DNA of 32,000 nt, taken from assembly GCF_003231495.1 (NCBI RefSeq), contig NZ_PQWO01000001.1, positions 150,001 to 182,000 of the forward strand, written 5' to 3'. The DNA comes from Acaryochloris thomasi RCC1774 (lineage in GTDB: Bacteria > Cyanobacteriota > Cyanobacteriia > Thermosynechococcales > Thermosynechococcaceae). The position numbers and the translations under genes are program-made. Positions 1 to 9,123 of the stretch are shown piece by piece. The stretch's first letter is position 1. Every line of letters starts with the position of its first letter. The notes beneath the pieces were generated by a model that saw only the letters and a list, made by a program, of their open reading frames with translations, was not told where the DNA came from and ran no database searches.

Positions 1-1
1 C

Positions 2-967
<966 letters not shown>

Positions 968-1000
968 AGCACAGGTCTACTTTATTCTTCGCTGAGTTTT

Positions 1001-1044
1001 GGCCCTCACCCCCAACCCCTCTCCCAATGCTGGACGAGGGGAGC
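1001..1044. repeat. Solo, degenerate copy of a GC-rich palindromic short repeat (GGCCCTCACCCCC..CCCCTCTCCCAATG..GAGGGG)
   Basis: The left arm is near-identical to the repeats at 12881-12922 and 14114-14151. It lies between the convergent stops of ilvC and the TPR gene, so it may act as a hairpin or terminator. Confidence 0.6.
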
Positions 1045-1463
1045 TAGATGGCTTCGCTAAGCCGCTTTAGTGCCCTGATGGTTCTCTGATATCGAACGGC
1101 GTCGCCTTCTCTTTGATAGAGGCTGGCTGCTCTTTGCAAATTAATGATTGCACCGGCTCGATCCCCAAGGTCGGCACGAGTGACGCCGCGATTTTTATAG
1201 ACGTGGGCCAAATTGGCATCAATCTAGAAGTCTTCAATAAAGCCTTCTAGATCACCGCTGGAGACCCGTACGGCCACTCGATTGCTGCAGTTACGGAAAT
1301 CGTTCGGTCTGATTGAGATCGCTTGATCAAAATCGGCGATCGCTTCAGGATACTGCTTCCTCGCGAAGAGCACATTACCGCGTCCGCCATGGGCATGGAA
1401 AAACCGGGGACGAATTTTCAGGGCCTGATTGTAATCTGAGAGTGCTCTCTGCAGATCGCCCAT
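1044..1463 (-). pseudogene. TPR-repeat protein interrupted by an in-frame TAG
   Basis: The ORF 1224..1463 (..ALSDYNQALKIRPRFFHAHGGRGNVLFARKQYPEAIADFDQAI..) stops at TAG (1224-1226). My translation in the same frame continues IDANLAHVYKNRGVTRADLGDRAGAIINLQRAASLYQREGDAVRYQRTIRALKRLSEAI to the stop at 1044-1046. That continuation is also TPR-like. Confidence 0.6.
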
Positions 1464-1704
1464 TCGATAATATTACCCGTACTAAAGCTATAAATTGAGT
1501 TTGTAATGGCCTCTAGACCGCCCCTGCGGCACTAACAGCACACGACGGTCGCCACCCTTTCATGATGCCTTATGAGTCCGGCAGGAACTTCTAATCTGCA
1601 GCTCATATCTATCACAGGTAAACTTTCTTTATAAAGTGTTATAAGAGAGTGATATTTACGATGACCCCGTAGGGTGTGTCTCGTGGCCGTAAGGAGTGGG
1701 TTTT

Positions 1705-2718
1705 ATGTCAATTAGTATGAAAGAAGCCTTCGAGGTGGGGAGCTACTTAGTCACCCAGCGCATGAAGGGTCGGAAGCGTTTTCCCCTCGTGCTCATGCTC
1801 GAACCTTTATTTCGCTGTAACCTAGCCTGTTCCGGTTGTGGCAAAATTCAGCATCCCAAAGAGATTTTGAAGCAGAACCTCACGCCAGAACAGTGCTTCA
1901 AGGCAGTTGAGGAATGTGGTGTACCCGTCGTTTCGATTCCAGGTGGCGAGCCGCTCCTGCATCCTCAAATTGATGAAATTGTGGCCGGATTGGTTCAGCG
2001 CCGCAAATTTGTTTACCTCTGCAGCAACGCCATTCTGCTAGAGCAGAGCCTCCACAAATTCAAGCCATCTCCCTACCTGACCCTGAGTATCCACCTCGAT
2101 GGTCTCAAAGAGCAGCACGACCACTGCGTTGATCGGGACGGCGTGTTCGATGTTGCCGTCAAAGCAATTAAGGCCGCTAAAGCACAAGGCTTCCGGGTCA
2201 CCACCAACACCACCGTATTTGAGGGGGCTGATCCCGTTCAAATGCAGGAGTTCTTTGATTTCGTGCAGGGTATAGGCGTCGATGGCATGATGGTCTCTCC
2301 CGGCTATAGCTACGAGTGGGCACCGGATCAAGACCACTTCCTCAAGCGAGAGCAGACTCGCGCCCTCTTCCGTCAAATCTTTGCCCCCCAAAGAGCAGGT
2401 AAGAAAAACTGGAACTTTAACCACAACCCCCTGTTCCTCGATTTCTTAGTGGGCGAGAAGGACTACGACTGCACACCTTGGGGTAGCCCTAGCTACAGCG
2501 TTTTAGGCTGGCAGAAGCCATGCTATCTATTGAGTGAAGGACATTACGAAACCTTCCAGGAATTAATGGATAATACAGACTGGGAACAGTACGGTCGCGC
2601 CAGCGGTAAACCTCAGTGTCAAGACTGTATGGTTCACTGTGGCTATGAACCGACTGCCGCAATTGACGCCCTGCAGCCCAGCAACATGGGTCGGGCGATG
2701 GCCGGTCTGTTTGGATAA
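1705..2718 (+). CDS. hpnH: Adenosyl-hopene transferase, hopanoid-associated radical SAM protein HpnH
   Basis: It has the radical-SAM [10 protein letters not shown] (CxxxCxxC) motif. The N-terminal block [31 protein letters not shown] and the body [14 protein letters not shown] are characteristic of HpnH. AAGGAG at 1691-1696 lies 8 nt before ATG 1705, while the ORF track starts at GTG 1696. Confidence 0.85.
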   Translation: MSISMKEAFEVGSYLVTQRMKGRKRFPLVLMLEPLFRCNLACSGCGKIQHPKEILKQNLTPEQCFKAVEECGVPVVSIPGGEPLLHPQIDEIVAGLVQRRKFVYLCSNAILLEQSLHKFKPSPYLTLSIHLDGLKEQHDHCVDRDGVFDVAVKAIKAAKAQGFRVTTNTTVFEGADPVQMQEFFDFVQGIGVDGMMVSPGYSYEWAPDQDHFLKREQTRALFRQIFAPQRAGKKNWNFNHNPLFLDFLVGEKDYDCTPWGSPSYSVLGWQKPCYLLSEGHYETFQELMDNTDWEQYGRASGKPQCQDCMVHCGYEPTAAIDALQPSNMGRAMAGLFG

Positions 2719-2726
2719 GGAGCACT

Positions 2727-2987
2727 ATGACAGCAAAAGTAGAAATTTACACTTGGATGATGTGTCCGTACTGCATCCGCGCGAAGCACCTGCTAAAGCG
2801 TAAGGGTGTTGAGTTTACTGAGTATAAAATTGATGGCGATAATGCCGCTCGGGCGGCAATGTCAGAGCGGGCCAATGGCGGACGTTCTGTGCCTCAAATC
2901 TTCATCGATGATCAGCATATCGGGGGATGTGACGAGATGCACGCCCTTGATGCCAACGGTAAACTGGACCCACTCCTGAACGCATAG
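2727..2987 (+). CDS. grxC: Glutaredoxin 3 (dithiol, CPYC active site)
   Basis: It has the CPYC motif, the SVPQIFI..HIGGCD glutathione-binding signature, and a length of 86 aa. AGGAG lies 5 nt upstream of the ATG. Confidence 0.9.
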   Translation: MTAKVEIYTWMMCPYCIRAKHLLKRKGVEFTEYKIDGDNAARAAMSERANGGRSVPQIFIDDQHIGGCDEMHALDANGKLDPLLNA

Positions 2988-2990
2988 CCT

Positions 2991-3971
2991 GTGAAACTGG
3001 CCTTTATTATCGACCCCATCCATAAGCTTGATCCAGGCCACGACACAAGCGTGGCCTTGATGGAAGCGGCCCAAGTCCGAGGCCATCAGGTCTGGGTGAC
3101 CCAAATGGAGCGGCTATATCTGGTTCAGGGCAAAACCTGGGCATTTCTACAGCCTGTGACTCTGAAGCCCGTTGAGCTAGTGGAAGGCAAATGGGTTGCA
3201 ACACCCAACTGGTATCAAATTGGTGAGGCTGTGACCCATCCGCTAGAGACAATGGATGGGGTGTTCATGCGTCAGGATCCGCCGGTAACGGTGCCCTATC
3301 TCTATGCCACCTATCTGCTGGACTATATTGATCCGCGGAAAACGCGGCTGATCAACAGCCCCCATGGATTACGGGCTGCGAACGAGAAGATGTATGCACT
3401 GCAGTTTCAGGAAGCAATGCCCGAGACAATTGTTAGCCAAGACAAGGAAGTCATTCGTTCATTTGTGGATCAGCGAGGGATTGGCGTTCTTAAACCGCTA
3501 GGCGGCAAAGCTGGAGAAGGAATTTTGCTGCTGGAGGCAGGTGATCGCAACTTTAACTCTCTGATCGAAATCAGCACCCATCAGGGCCAGGTGCCGGTGA
3601 TGGTGCAGGAATATCTACCGGCAGCCACAGAAGGAGATAAACGCATTATTTTGCTCAACGGCGAGCCGATTGGCGCAGTCAATCGAGTCCCAACGGGGAA
3701 AGAGTTTCGCGGTAATATGGCAACGGGTGGGCGTTCCGACGCAGCCCAGCTTACGAAGCGAGAGCATGAGATTTGTCAGCAACTGGCTCCGGTCCTGCAG
3801 CGGGACGGTCTGATTTTTGTCGGCATTGATGTAATTGGCGATCGATTAACTGAGATCAACGTCACCAGCCCTACGGGTATTCGAGAGATTGATCGGCTTG
3901 ATGACAAACAACTGGGTGTGCAGGTCATTGAGTGGTTAGAGATGGATCGAGGCGCGGTCAATGTCTCCTGA
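2991..3971 (+). CDS. gshB: Glutathione synthetase (prokaryotic ATP-grasp type)
   Basis: The N-terminus MKLAFIIDPIHKLDPGHDTS and the ATP-grasp body (VLKPLGGKAGEGI, EGDKRIILLNGEPIGA, LTEINVTSPTG) match GshB. The GTG start lies 3 nt after the grxC stop. Confidence 0.9.
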   Translation: MKLAFIIDPIHKLDPGHDTSVALMEAAQVRGHQVWVTQMERLYLVQGKTWAFLQPVTLKPVELVEGKWVATPNWYQIGEAVTHPLETMDGVFMRQDPPVTVPYLYATYLLDYIDPRKTRLINSPHGLRAANEKMYALQFQEAMPETIVSQDKEVIRSFVDQRGIGVLKPLGGKAGEGILLLEAGDRNFNSLIEISTHQGQVPVMVQEYLPAATEGDKRIILLNGEPIGAVNRVPTGKEFRGNMATGGRSDAAQLTKREHEICQQLAPVLQRDGLIFVGIDVIGDRLTEINVTSPTGIREIDRLDDKQLGVQVIEWLEMDRGAVNVS

Positions 3972-4129
3972 ACTAAATCAAGAAGAACCGCTTCCTCATT
4001 CTAAATGTCAGAGTCTGGGGCCGTTGAGTCTAATTTCTGAATTTGGTTTAGCCAGAGTTCGGGAGAAAGCTTTAAAGTGGATCAACCGACAAGATTCATA
4101 TAGACGTTCGATTCAACACTCAATATAAA

Positions 4130-5122
4130 ATGAATAAACCCACTGTTTTAGTCACTGGCGGAGCGGGCTATATTGGCTCCCACGTGGTTTTAGCACTTAA
4201 GGAGTCTGGTTACCCAGTGGTGGTGCTGGATAATCTTGTCTACGGTCATAAAGATTTAGTTGAATCGGTGCTTCAGGTGGAGCTGATCTGTGGGGATGTT
4301 TGCGATCGCAACTTCTTAGATCAGGTCTTCAGAGATCACAACATCGGTGCCGTTCTGCACTTCGCCGCCTACACCTACGTCGGCGAATCCGTCGAGGATC
4401 CTGCAAAGTACTATCGCAACAACGTCATGGGCACCTTGACCCTGCTCGAAGCGATGATCGCAGCTGACGTTCGGTCCTTTGTCTTCTCCTCCACCTGTGC
4501 CACCTACGGCCCCCCCCACCAAATTCCAATCACCGAAGATCATCCCCAAGCGCCCATCAGTCCCTACGGCATGAGCAAGCTGATGGTCGAGAACATCCTC
4601 GCTGACTTTAACCATGCCTATAATCTCCGCTCGGTCCGGTTCCGCTACTTCAACGCCGCCGGTGCTGACCCCCAAGGACGCCTCGGAGAAGACCATAATC
4701 CTGAGACCCATCTGATTCCCTTGGTCTTAATGACGGCCTTAGGCAAACGGGAGAAAATCTCGATTTTTGGCACCGATTATAAAACTCCGGATGGTACCTG
4801 TATTCGCGATTACATCCACGTCACTGACTTAGCAGATGCCCACGTGCGCGGTCTCAACTACCTGCTCGAAGGAGGCGAAACGTCAGTCTTCAACTTAGGC
4901 AACGGCGACGGATTCTCTGTGCGTGAAGTGATAAATACCGCGAAAGAGGTCACAGGGAAAACAATTACGATCGAAGAAAGCTACCGCAGGGCAGGTGATC
5001 CAGCTATTTTGATTGGCAGTGCAGCTAAAGCAGAAAAGATCTTAGGCTGGCAACCGCAGTACGCAGACCTATCGCTGATTGTTGAACATGCTTGGCAGTG
5101 GCACCTCAACCGTCACGGTTAA
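4130..5122 (+). CDS. galE: UDP-glucose 4-epimerase
   Basis: It has the VLVTGGAGYIGSH Rossmann motif, the catalytic SPYGMSK (YxxxK) motif and IRDYIHVTDLA, with a typical length of 330 aa. Confidence 0.9.
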   Translation: MNKPTVLVTGGAGYIGSHVVLALKESGYPVVVLDNLVYGHKDLVESVLQVELICGDVCDRNFLDQVFRDHNIGAVLHFAAYTYVGESVEDPAKYYRNNVMGTLTLLEAMIAADVRSFVFSSTCATYGPPHQIPITEDHPQAPISPYGMSKLMVENILADFNHAYNLRSVRFRYFNAAGADPQGRLGEDHNPETHLIPLVLMTALGKREKISIFGTDYKTPDGTCIRDYIHVTDLADAHVRGLNYLLEGGETSVFNLGNGDGFSVREVINTAKEVTGKTITIEESYRRAGDPAILIGSAAKAEKILGWQPQYADLSLIVEHAWQWHLNRHG

Positions 5123-5169
5123 ACAATCTCTAACTTTGCTTCGAAACCAGTGAGGTGCATTCCCGCGTT

Positions 5170-5736
5170 TCAAAGCATTCTAATCACTCTGCAGGGGTTC
5201 CCGACTGCCACAACATTACTCGGGACATCCTTTACCACCACACTACCTGCTCCGATGGTGACATTCGAGCCGATGGAAACACCCGGGCAAACAATAACAC
5301 CGCCCCCCAGCCAAACGTTATCACCAATGGAAACCGGGGCTGCCAGTTCTTTGCCAGACAGTCTCAACTCAGGTTCTGTCGGGTGATAAGCAGTGTAAAT
5401 TTGGACCTTTGGCCCGAATAAAACATCGTCACCCAGATGCACCGTATTACAGTCAAGAATCGTGCAGTCATAATTGATATACAGGCGATCACCAGCAAAG
5501 ATGTGACAGCCATAATCACAGTAGAAGGGGGGCCTGACGACAAAATCAGAGCCTAGCTTGCCGAATAGATTGAGTATGATATTCCTTCGCTTATCGACTT
5601 CACTTGGCAAAGAAACGTTATGGAAGTGAAGCAACCGGTGAGTGGCAGTCTGTAATTGCGTGAGTTCTGCGTCGGATGCCAAGTACAGCTCATTAGCCAG
5701 CATCTTCTCGCGTTCCGTCTTCTCTTTCACATTCAT
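5170..5736 (-). CDS. Maltose/galactoside O-acetyltransferase family (hexapeptide left-handed beta-helix)
   Basis: The N-terminal Mac-type segment (EKMLANELYLASDAEL) and the hexapeptide repeats (IGDNVWLGGGVIVCPGVSIGSNVTIGAGSVV) fit this family. I chose ATG 5736 over the TTG at 5748. Confidence 0.8.
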   Translation of the reverse strand: MNVKEKTEREKMLANELYLASDAELTQLQTATHRLLHFHNVSLPSEVDKRRNIILNLFGKLGSDFVVRPPFYCDYGCHIFAGDRLYINYDCTILDCNTVHLGDDVLFGPKVQIYTAYHPTEPELRLSGKELAAPVSIGDNVWLGGGVIVCPGVSIGSNVTIGAGSVVVKDVPSNVVAVGNPCRVIRML

Positions 5737-5763
5737 TCTCCTTGGCAATGAGCAATGAAGAAA

Positions 5764-6063
5764 TCAGGATAGCTCTGAACGCCAGTGCTGTAGCTCGGCC
5801 TCAATGAAGTAGGTCACTAAATCTCGATACATTTTCTCAATCACATCAGCCTCTAGTCCTTCTGTCTCAGCCCAAATTCTACGCTGCTGGAGCATTGTGT
5901 CAAATCGCTCTTGGGCCCGGACGTCTTTCGCGCTGCTCTTAAAAGGAGCTGCCGCCTTCACATATTCAAAGCGTTGTCCGAGCAGGGCAATGATCTGACG
6001 ATCTAGGGCATCAATTTCAGCCCGAATATCAGACATATTTTCACAGTTGTGGGGCGCAACCAC
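5764..6063 (-). CDS. Chorismate mutase, AroQ class (PchB-like fold)
   Basis: The sequence IRAEIDALDRQIIALLGQRFEYVKAAAPFK...RFDTMLQQRRIWAETEGL matches the chorismate mutase type II helical pattern. The start is uncertain. GTG 6063 is preceded by GGAGG, and the TTG at 6117 would overlap the upstream gene by 28 nt. Confidence 0.7.
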   Translation of the reverse strand: MVAPHNCENMSDIRAEIDALDRQIIALLGQRFEYVKAAAPFKSSAKDVRAQERFDTMLQQRRIWAETEGLEADVIEKMYRDLVTYFIEAELQHWRSELS

Positions 6064-6089
6064 AGGAGCCTCCGCAGCGATAGATTGAA

Positions 6090-6716
6090 CTAGCCCAAGA
6101 TCTGGAGAGCCTGCCAATCAAGAATATCTGCTAGCAACATTTGATAACCCTGGCTATTCGGATGAAGACCATCCTTACTCATTTGTGACTGGCACCACGC
6201 CTCGCCCCGCTGTCGCCAAGCATCGAAGAGGTCGAGAAAGGGAATCTGTCGCTCCTGGCAAGCTAAGCGAGTGGCTTCGTTATAGAGGTGCTGGTCTTCA
6301 TTATTGAAGAAAAAAGCATCTAAAAACGGCATCTTTGTGCCATCTACCGGCACCATCCCCACAAAAGTTACGGGGCAGAGCTGGCTGGCGCGGTCCAATA
6401 AATCGGCCATTCTTGTTTGGAACTCTGGGAACGGTGTCATGTTGCGTCCATCTGGGCGACCCAAGCGCGCTGAATCATTGACGCCGACGGACAGAATAAT
6501 TTGATCAGGCACCTGATGCCGGAGTTCACCCCGATGGCGGAACTCGTTCTCTAGTCGCTGCGAAATATGCCTAACCGTGTCACCGCGTACACCCAGGTTA
6601 TAAAGAATTGGACCCTCTGACTGCATCCATTGACGCCGCAGTCTATCCACCCAGCCACCACCCTCAGGATCGCCAAAGCCATAAATTAGACTGTCGCCTA
6701 GCGCAATCACCTTCAT
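6090..6716 (-). CDS. SGNH/GDSL-family hydrolase (lipase/esterase)
   Basis: Block I is IALGDSLIYG, block III is GVNDS and block V is DGLHPN. I prefer ATG 6716 (MKVIALGDS) over TTG 6776. Confidence 0.8.
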   Translation of the reverse strand: MKVIALGDSLIYGFGDPEGGGWVDRLRRQWMQSEGPILYNLGVRGDTVRHISQRLENEFRHRGELRHQVPDQIILSVGVNDSARLGRPDGRNMTPFPEFQTRMADLLDRASQLCPVTFVGMVPVDGTKMPFLDAFFFNNEDQHLYNEATRLACQERQIPFLDLFDAWRQRGEAWCQSQMSKDGLHPNSQGYQMLLADILDWQALQILG

Positions 6717-6871
6717 AGGAACGGTGTGCTTCAGAGTGGGCTGTCTAACGCCGGTTCGGGAGAGTGCCTGAGTCAAAACTGAATCTCCGTATGCTTTTTA
6801 AAGAAGTTTGTTAAAAGCTATCTTAACATTTCGTTAAGTCTAAATACTTAGGCAGCTCTACAAGAGCTGAT

Positions 6872-7762
6872 TTAGGATTTGAATAACCCCTTGATTTCAC
6901 GCCACATCTGAAATTGGACAGGGACCGTTCGGGGCTGTGTAAAAATGCCTTGGGTCGGGCTGAAGCACAAAGCTAGCATAAACAATCCAAAAGCGACCAG
7001 TACAATGGCTGGCCCTGAGGGTAGATTGTAGTAATAGCTCAGATACATGCCGGTAATGCTGGAGAAAACGCCCAGTGCGGCCCCCAAAAGCATCATATTG
7101 TGGAGCCGATGAACGAGTAAGTACGCAGTGGCTCCGGGGGTAATCAGCATCGCTAGCACCAGAATGACGCCTACGGCTTTGAGGCTGGCAACAATGGTAA
7201 GGGCAATCAAAATCATCAAACCGAAGTTGAGCAGATTGGTCGGCAGGCCGCTAGCTTGGGCACCGATGGGGTCAAAGGTATAAAACATCAGCTCTTTGTA
7301 GAGCAGCACAATCACGGTCAAAACGACGACAGTAATCACGAGAGTATTGATCACTTCTTGCTGAGTGACGCTGAGGATATTGCCAAATAGGAAGTGGTTG
7401 AGATCGATTTTGGTGTCTTTTTGAACGATGGTGATCAGGGTGATGCCGAGAGCGAAGAAGGCGGAGAAAACGATGCCCATTGCAGCATCTTCTTTGATTT
7501 GCGATCGCGTCCTAATCCAGGTAATCACGACAGTGCTGAACACTCCAGCAATAAAGGCTCCGAGGAAGATGTCGAAGTTTAAGATAAATGCGATCGCAAC
7601 TCCCGGCAACACCGAATGACTAATAGCGTCACCCAACAGCGCTAAACGCTGCACCATCAGGTAGCTACCTACTGTGGCGCAAACAATGCCGACTAAAACA
7701 GCGGTCAGTAAGGAGCGCTGCATAAAGCTGTATTGCAGCGGCTCAATTAAAAGATCAAACAT
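6872..7762 (-). CDS. Metal (Mn/Zn/Fe) ABC importer permease, ABC-3 family
   Basis: The 296-aa polytopic protein has MntB/ZnuB/TroC-type sequence (LLTAVLVGIVCATVGSYLMVQRLALLGDAISHSVLPGVA). Confidence 0.9.
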   Translation of the reverse strand: MFDLLIEPLQYSFMQRSLLTAVLVGIVCATVGSYLMVQRLALLGDAISHSVLPGVAIAFILNFDIFLGAFIAGVFSTVVITWIRTRSQIKEDAAMGIVFSAFFALGITLITIVQKDTKIDLNHFLFGNILSVTQQEVINTLVITVVVLTVIVLLYKELMFYTFDPIGAQASGLPTNLLNFGLMILIALTIVASLKAVGVILVLAMLITPGATAYLLVHRLHNMMLLGAALGVFSSITGMYLSYYYNLPSGPAIVLVAFGLFMLALCFSPTQGIFTQPRTVPVQFQMWREIKGLFKS

Positions 7763-7838
7763 AGGGGAAGACTTCAGTTCAATGAGTTCAGCATTCTGAC
7801 TCGGTACACTACCAGCTCTTAGTAGGCAGAGACATGAC

Positions 7839-8045
7839 TTATATCTTTGCTAGAACTGGATCGATATCAGATGCCTGTTGGGAATAGACCTGATTGAGTT
7901 TGCTGCAAGCCAAGTCTTGGTTATATCTATGCAAATAAGCTTTCAATGCATTGGTGTAAAGCTCGCTCCGCGACACACCGAATCGTTTTGCGAGAGACTC
8001 TGCCTCAATAAAAACTGAGTCTGGCAGTGAAATATCTGTCTTCAT
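7839..8045 (-). CDS. Ribbon-helix-helix (CopG/Arc-type) antitoxin-like protein with no recognisable toxin partner
   Basis: MKTDISLPDSVFIEAESLAKRFGVSRSELYTNALKAYL has the beta-strand plus two-helix RHH pattern of type II antitoxins. The downstream neighbour on this strand is the permease gene, 76 nt away. Confidence 0.6.
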   Translation of the reverse strand: MKTDISLPDSVFIEAESLAKRFGVSRSELYTNALKAYLHRYNQDLACSKLNQVYSQQASDIDPVLAKI

Positions 8046-8062
8046 TTTGCTGGGTTGTTCAT

Positions 8063-8539
8063 TTAGGTAAACGACTTAGGTTGCCAGGGAAGCCAGTCTT
8101 CATCTAGAGCTTGCTCCAAAGTAAAGTTAGGTTCTTCTGGGACTAAGTCAGATGGTATGACCTTGAGCATGTTCTTTCTAGCTCTTTGGTAGCAAGGTAG
8201 AAAATTCTCATGCAAAAAAGGCTTAAGACTAGGGCTGTCTTTGAGAATCAACTCAATCTCTAAACGGAAATTGCTGATTTCTAAGATCCAGCTCCTAAAG
8301 CACCTTTCTCGCTCAGAATCCCAATATTTAAGCTTGAGCAAGTGTTCACACAATCGCGTGAGATAGCTAGAGATTGCCCGTTGGTCACGTCTGCCCAAAC
8401 TTTCAATTTCCTCAACTAAGTTTTCCAAATCAAGATTGTCAAAATCATGAGATCGCAATTGTGCCGTAGTTTGATGGAGCCAACGTTGATAGTCTATGTC
8501 ATAGAGAGAGACCAGCTTCGTCTGCACTTCAGTATTCAT
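8063..8539 (-). CDS. DUF29 family protein (cyanobacteria-expanded, function unknown)
   Basis: LYDIDYQRWLHQTTAQLRSHDFDNLDLENLVEEIESLGRRDQRAISSYLTRLCEHLLKLKYW is the hallmark DUF29 N-terminal pattern. Confidence 0.8.
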   Translation of the reverse strand: MNTEVQTKLVSLYDIDYQRWLHQTTAQLRSHDFDNLDLENLVEEIESLGRRDQRAISSYLTRLCEHLLKLKYWDSERERCFRSWILEISNFRLEIELILKDSPSLKPFLHENFLPCYQRARKNMLKVIPSDLVPEEPNFTLEQALDEDWLPWQPKSFT

Positions 8540-8659
8540 AGTGAGTCCTTCATGTGACTATCTAGATCTACGGGGGGTAAGTCTGCAGGTAGGCTACTAA
8601 GTCCAACAAAACGTAGAGGTTATGAGTCTGCTCGTTCAGTTATTTTCTTTCATTCTAAG

Positions 8660-8878
8660 TTAGGCCATCTGTAGCGTTCTGGGTTTGGGAATGCGTTCGT
8701 TTTCTGATCGCCAAGCCTCTAAGTACATCTCAATAACTGCTTCACCGTTGCGAATCGCCTCTTCACGATTCTGACCGTGGGTACAAGGCATGACAACACG
8801 ATCAGCAAATTCTGGAATTGTGACCAAAAATAGCTGATCTTCATCCGACCACTGAATAACCATGCTGTATTGGCTCAC
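8660..8878 (-). CDS. hicB: HicB-family antitoxin
   Basis: The 72-aa protein has the MVIQWSDEDQLFLVTIPEF..CTHGQNREEAIRNGEAVIEMYLE pattern of the HicB/UPF0150 fold. Its GTG start overlaps the hicA stop (GTGA). Confidence 0.8.
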   Translation of the reverse strand: MSQYSMVIQWSDEDQLFLVTIPEFADRVVMPCTHGQNREEAIRNGEAVIEMYLEAWRSENERIPKPRTLQMA

Positions 8879-9096
8879 GAGTCTTCCTCTCTCAATTTCT
8901 TAAGCTCAGTCAGCAATTGCTCCAACTGCTTTTCTAAATAGCGTGGCACATCATCTCCATTTTTACCTGGAATCGTCACGGTTTTGCCAAGCAGGGGATG
9001 TCGCCAGCGTTCATGACTCCCCTTCCCCCGTTTTGGTAAGTATTCAAATCCTTCATCTTTGATCTGAGCTTTGAGGTCTCTAATCTTTCTTGGAAT
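8875..9096 (-). CDS. hicA: HicA-family mRNA interferase toxin; absent from the ORF track and without an ATG/GTG/TTG start
   Basis: My translation of the minus strand is (S)IPRKIRDLKAQIKDEGFEYLPKRGKGSHERWRHPLLGKTVTIPGKNGDDVPRYLEKQLEQLLTELKKLREEDS*. It has the HicA GSH..W.HP core. The frame opens after TAA at 9100-9102. The codon aligned to the usual Met is ATT (9096-9094). Confidence 0.65.
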   Translation of the reverse strand: MPRKIRDLKAQIKDEGFEYLPKRGKGSHERWRHPLLGKTVTIPGKNGDDVPRYLEKQLEQLLTELKKLREEDS

Positions 9097-9123
9097 AGAT
9101 TATCTCTGAGCCTCACCTTCGCG

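Noticed and set aside
5150-5421. Two + strand ORFs (78 and 88 aa) opposite the acetyltransferase gene
   Set aside because: They are antisense to a hexapeptide-repeat gene, and their Thr/Pro-rich low-complexity sequence is typical of shadow ORFs.
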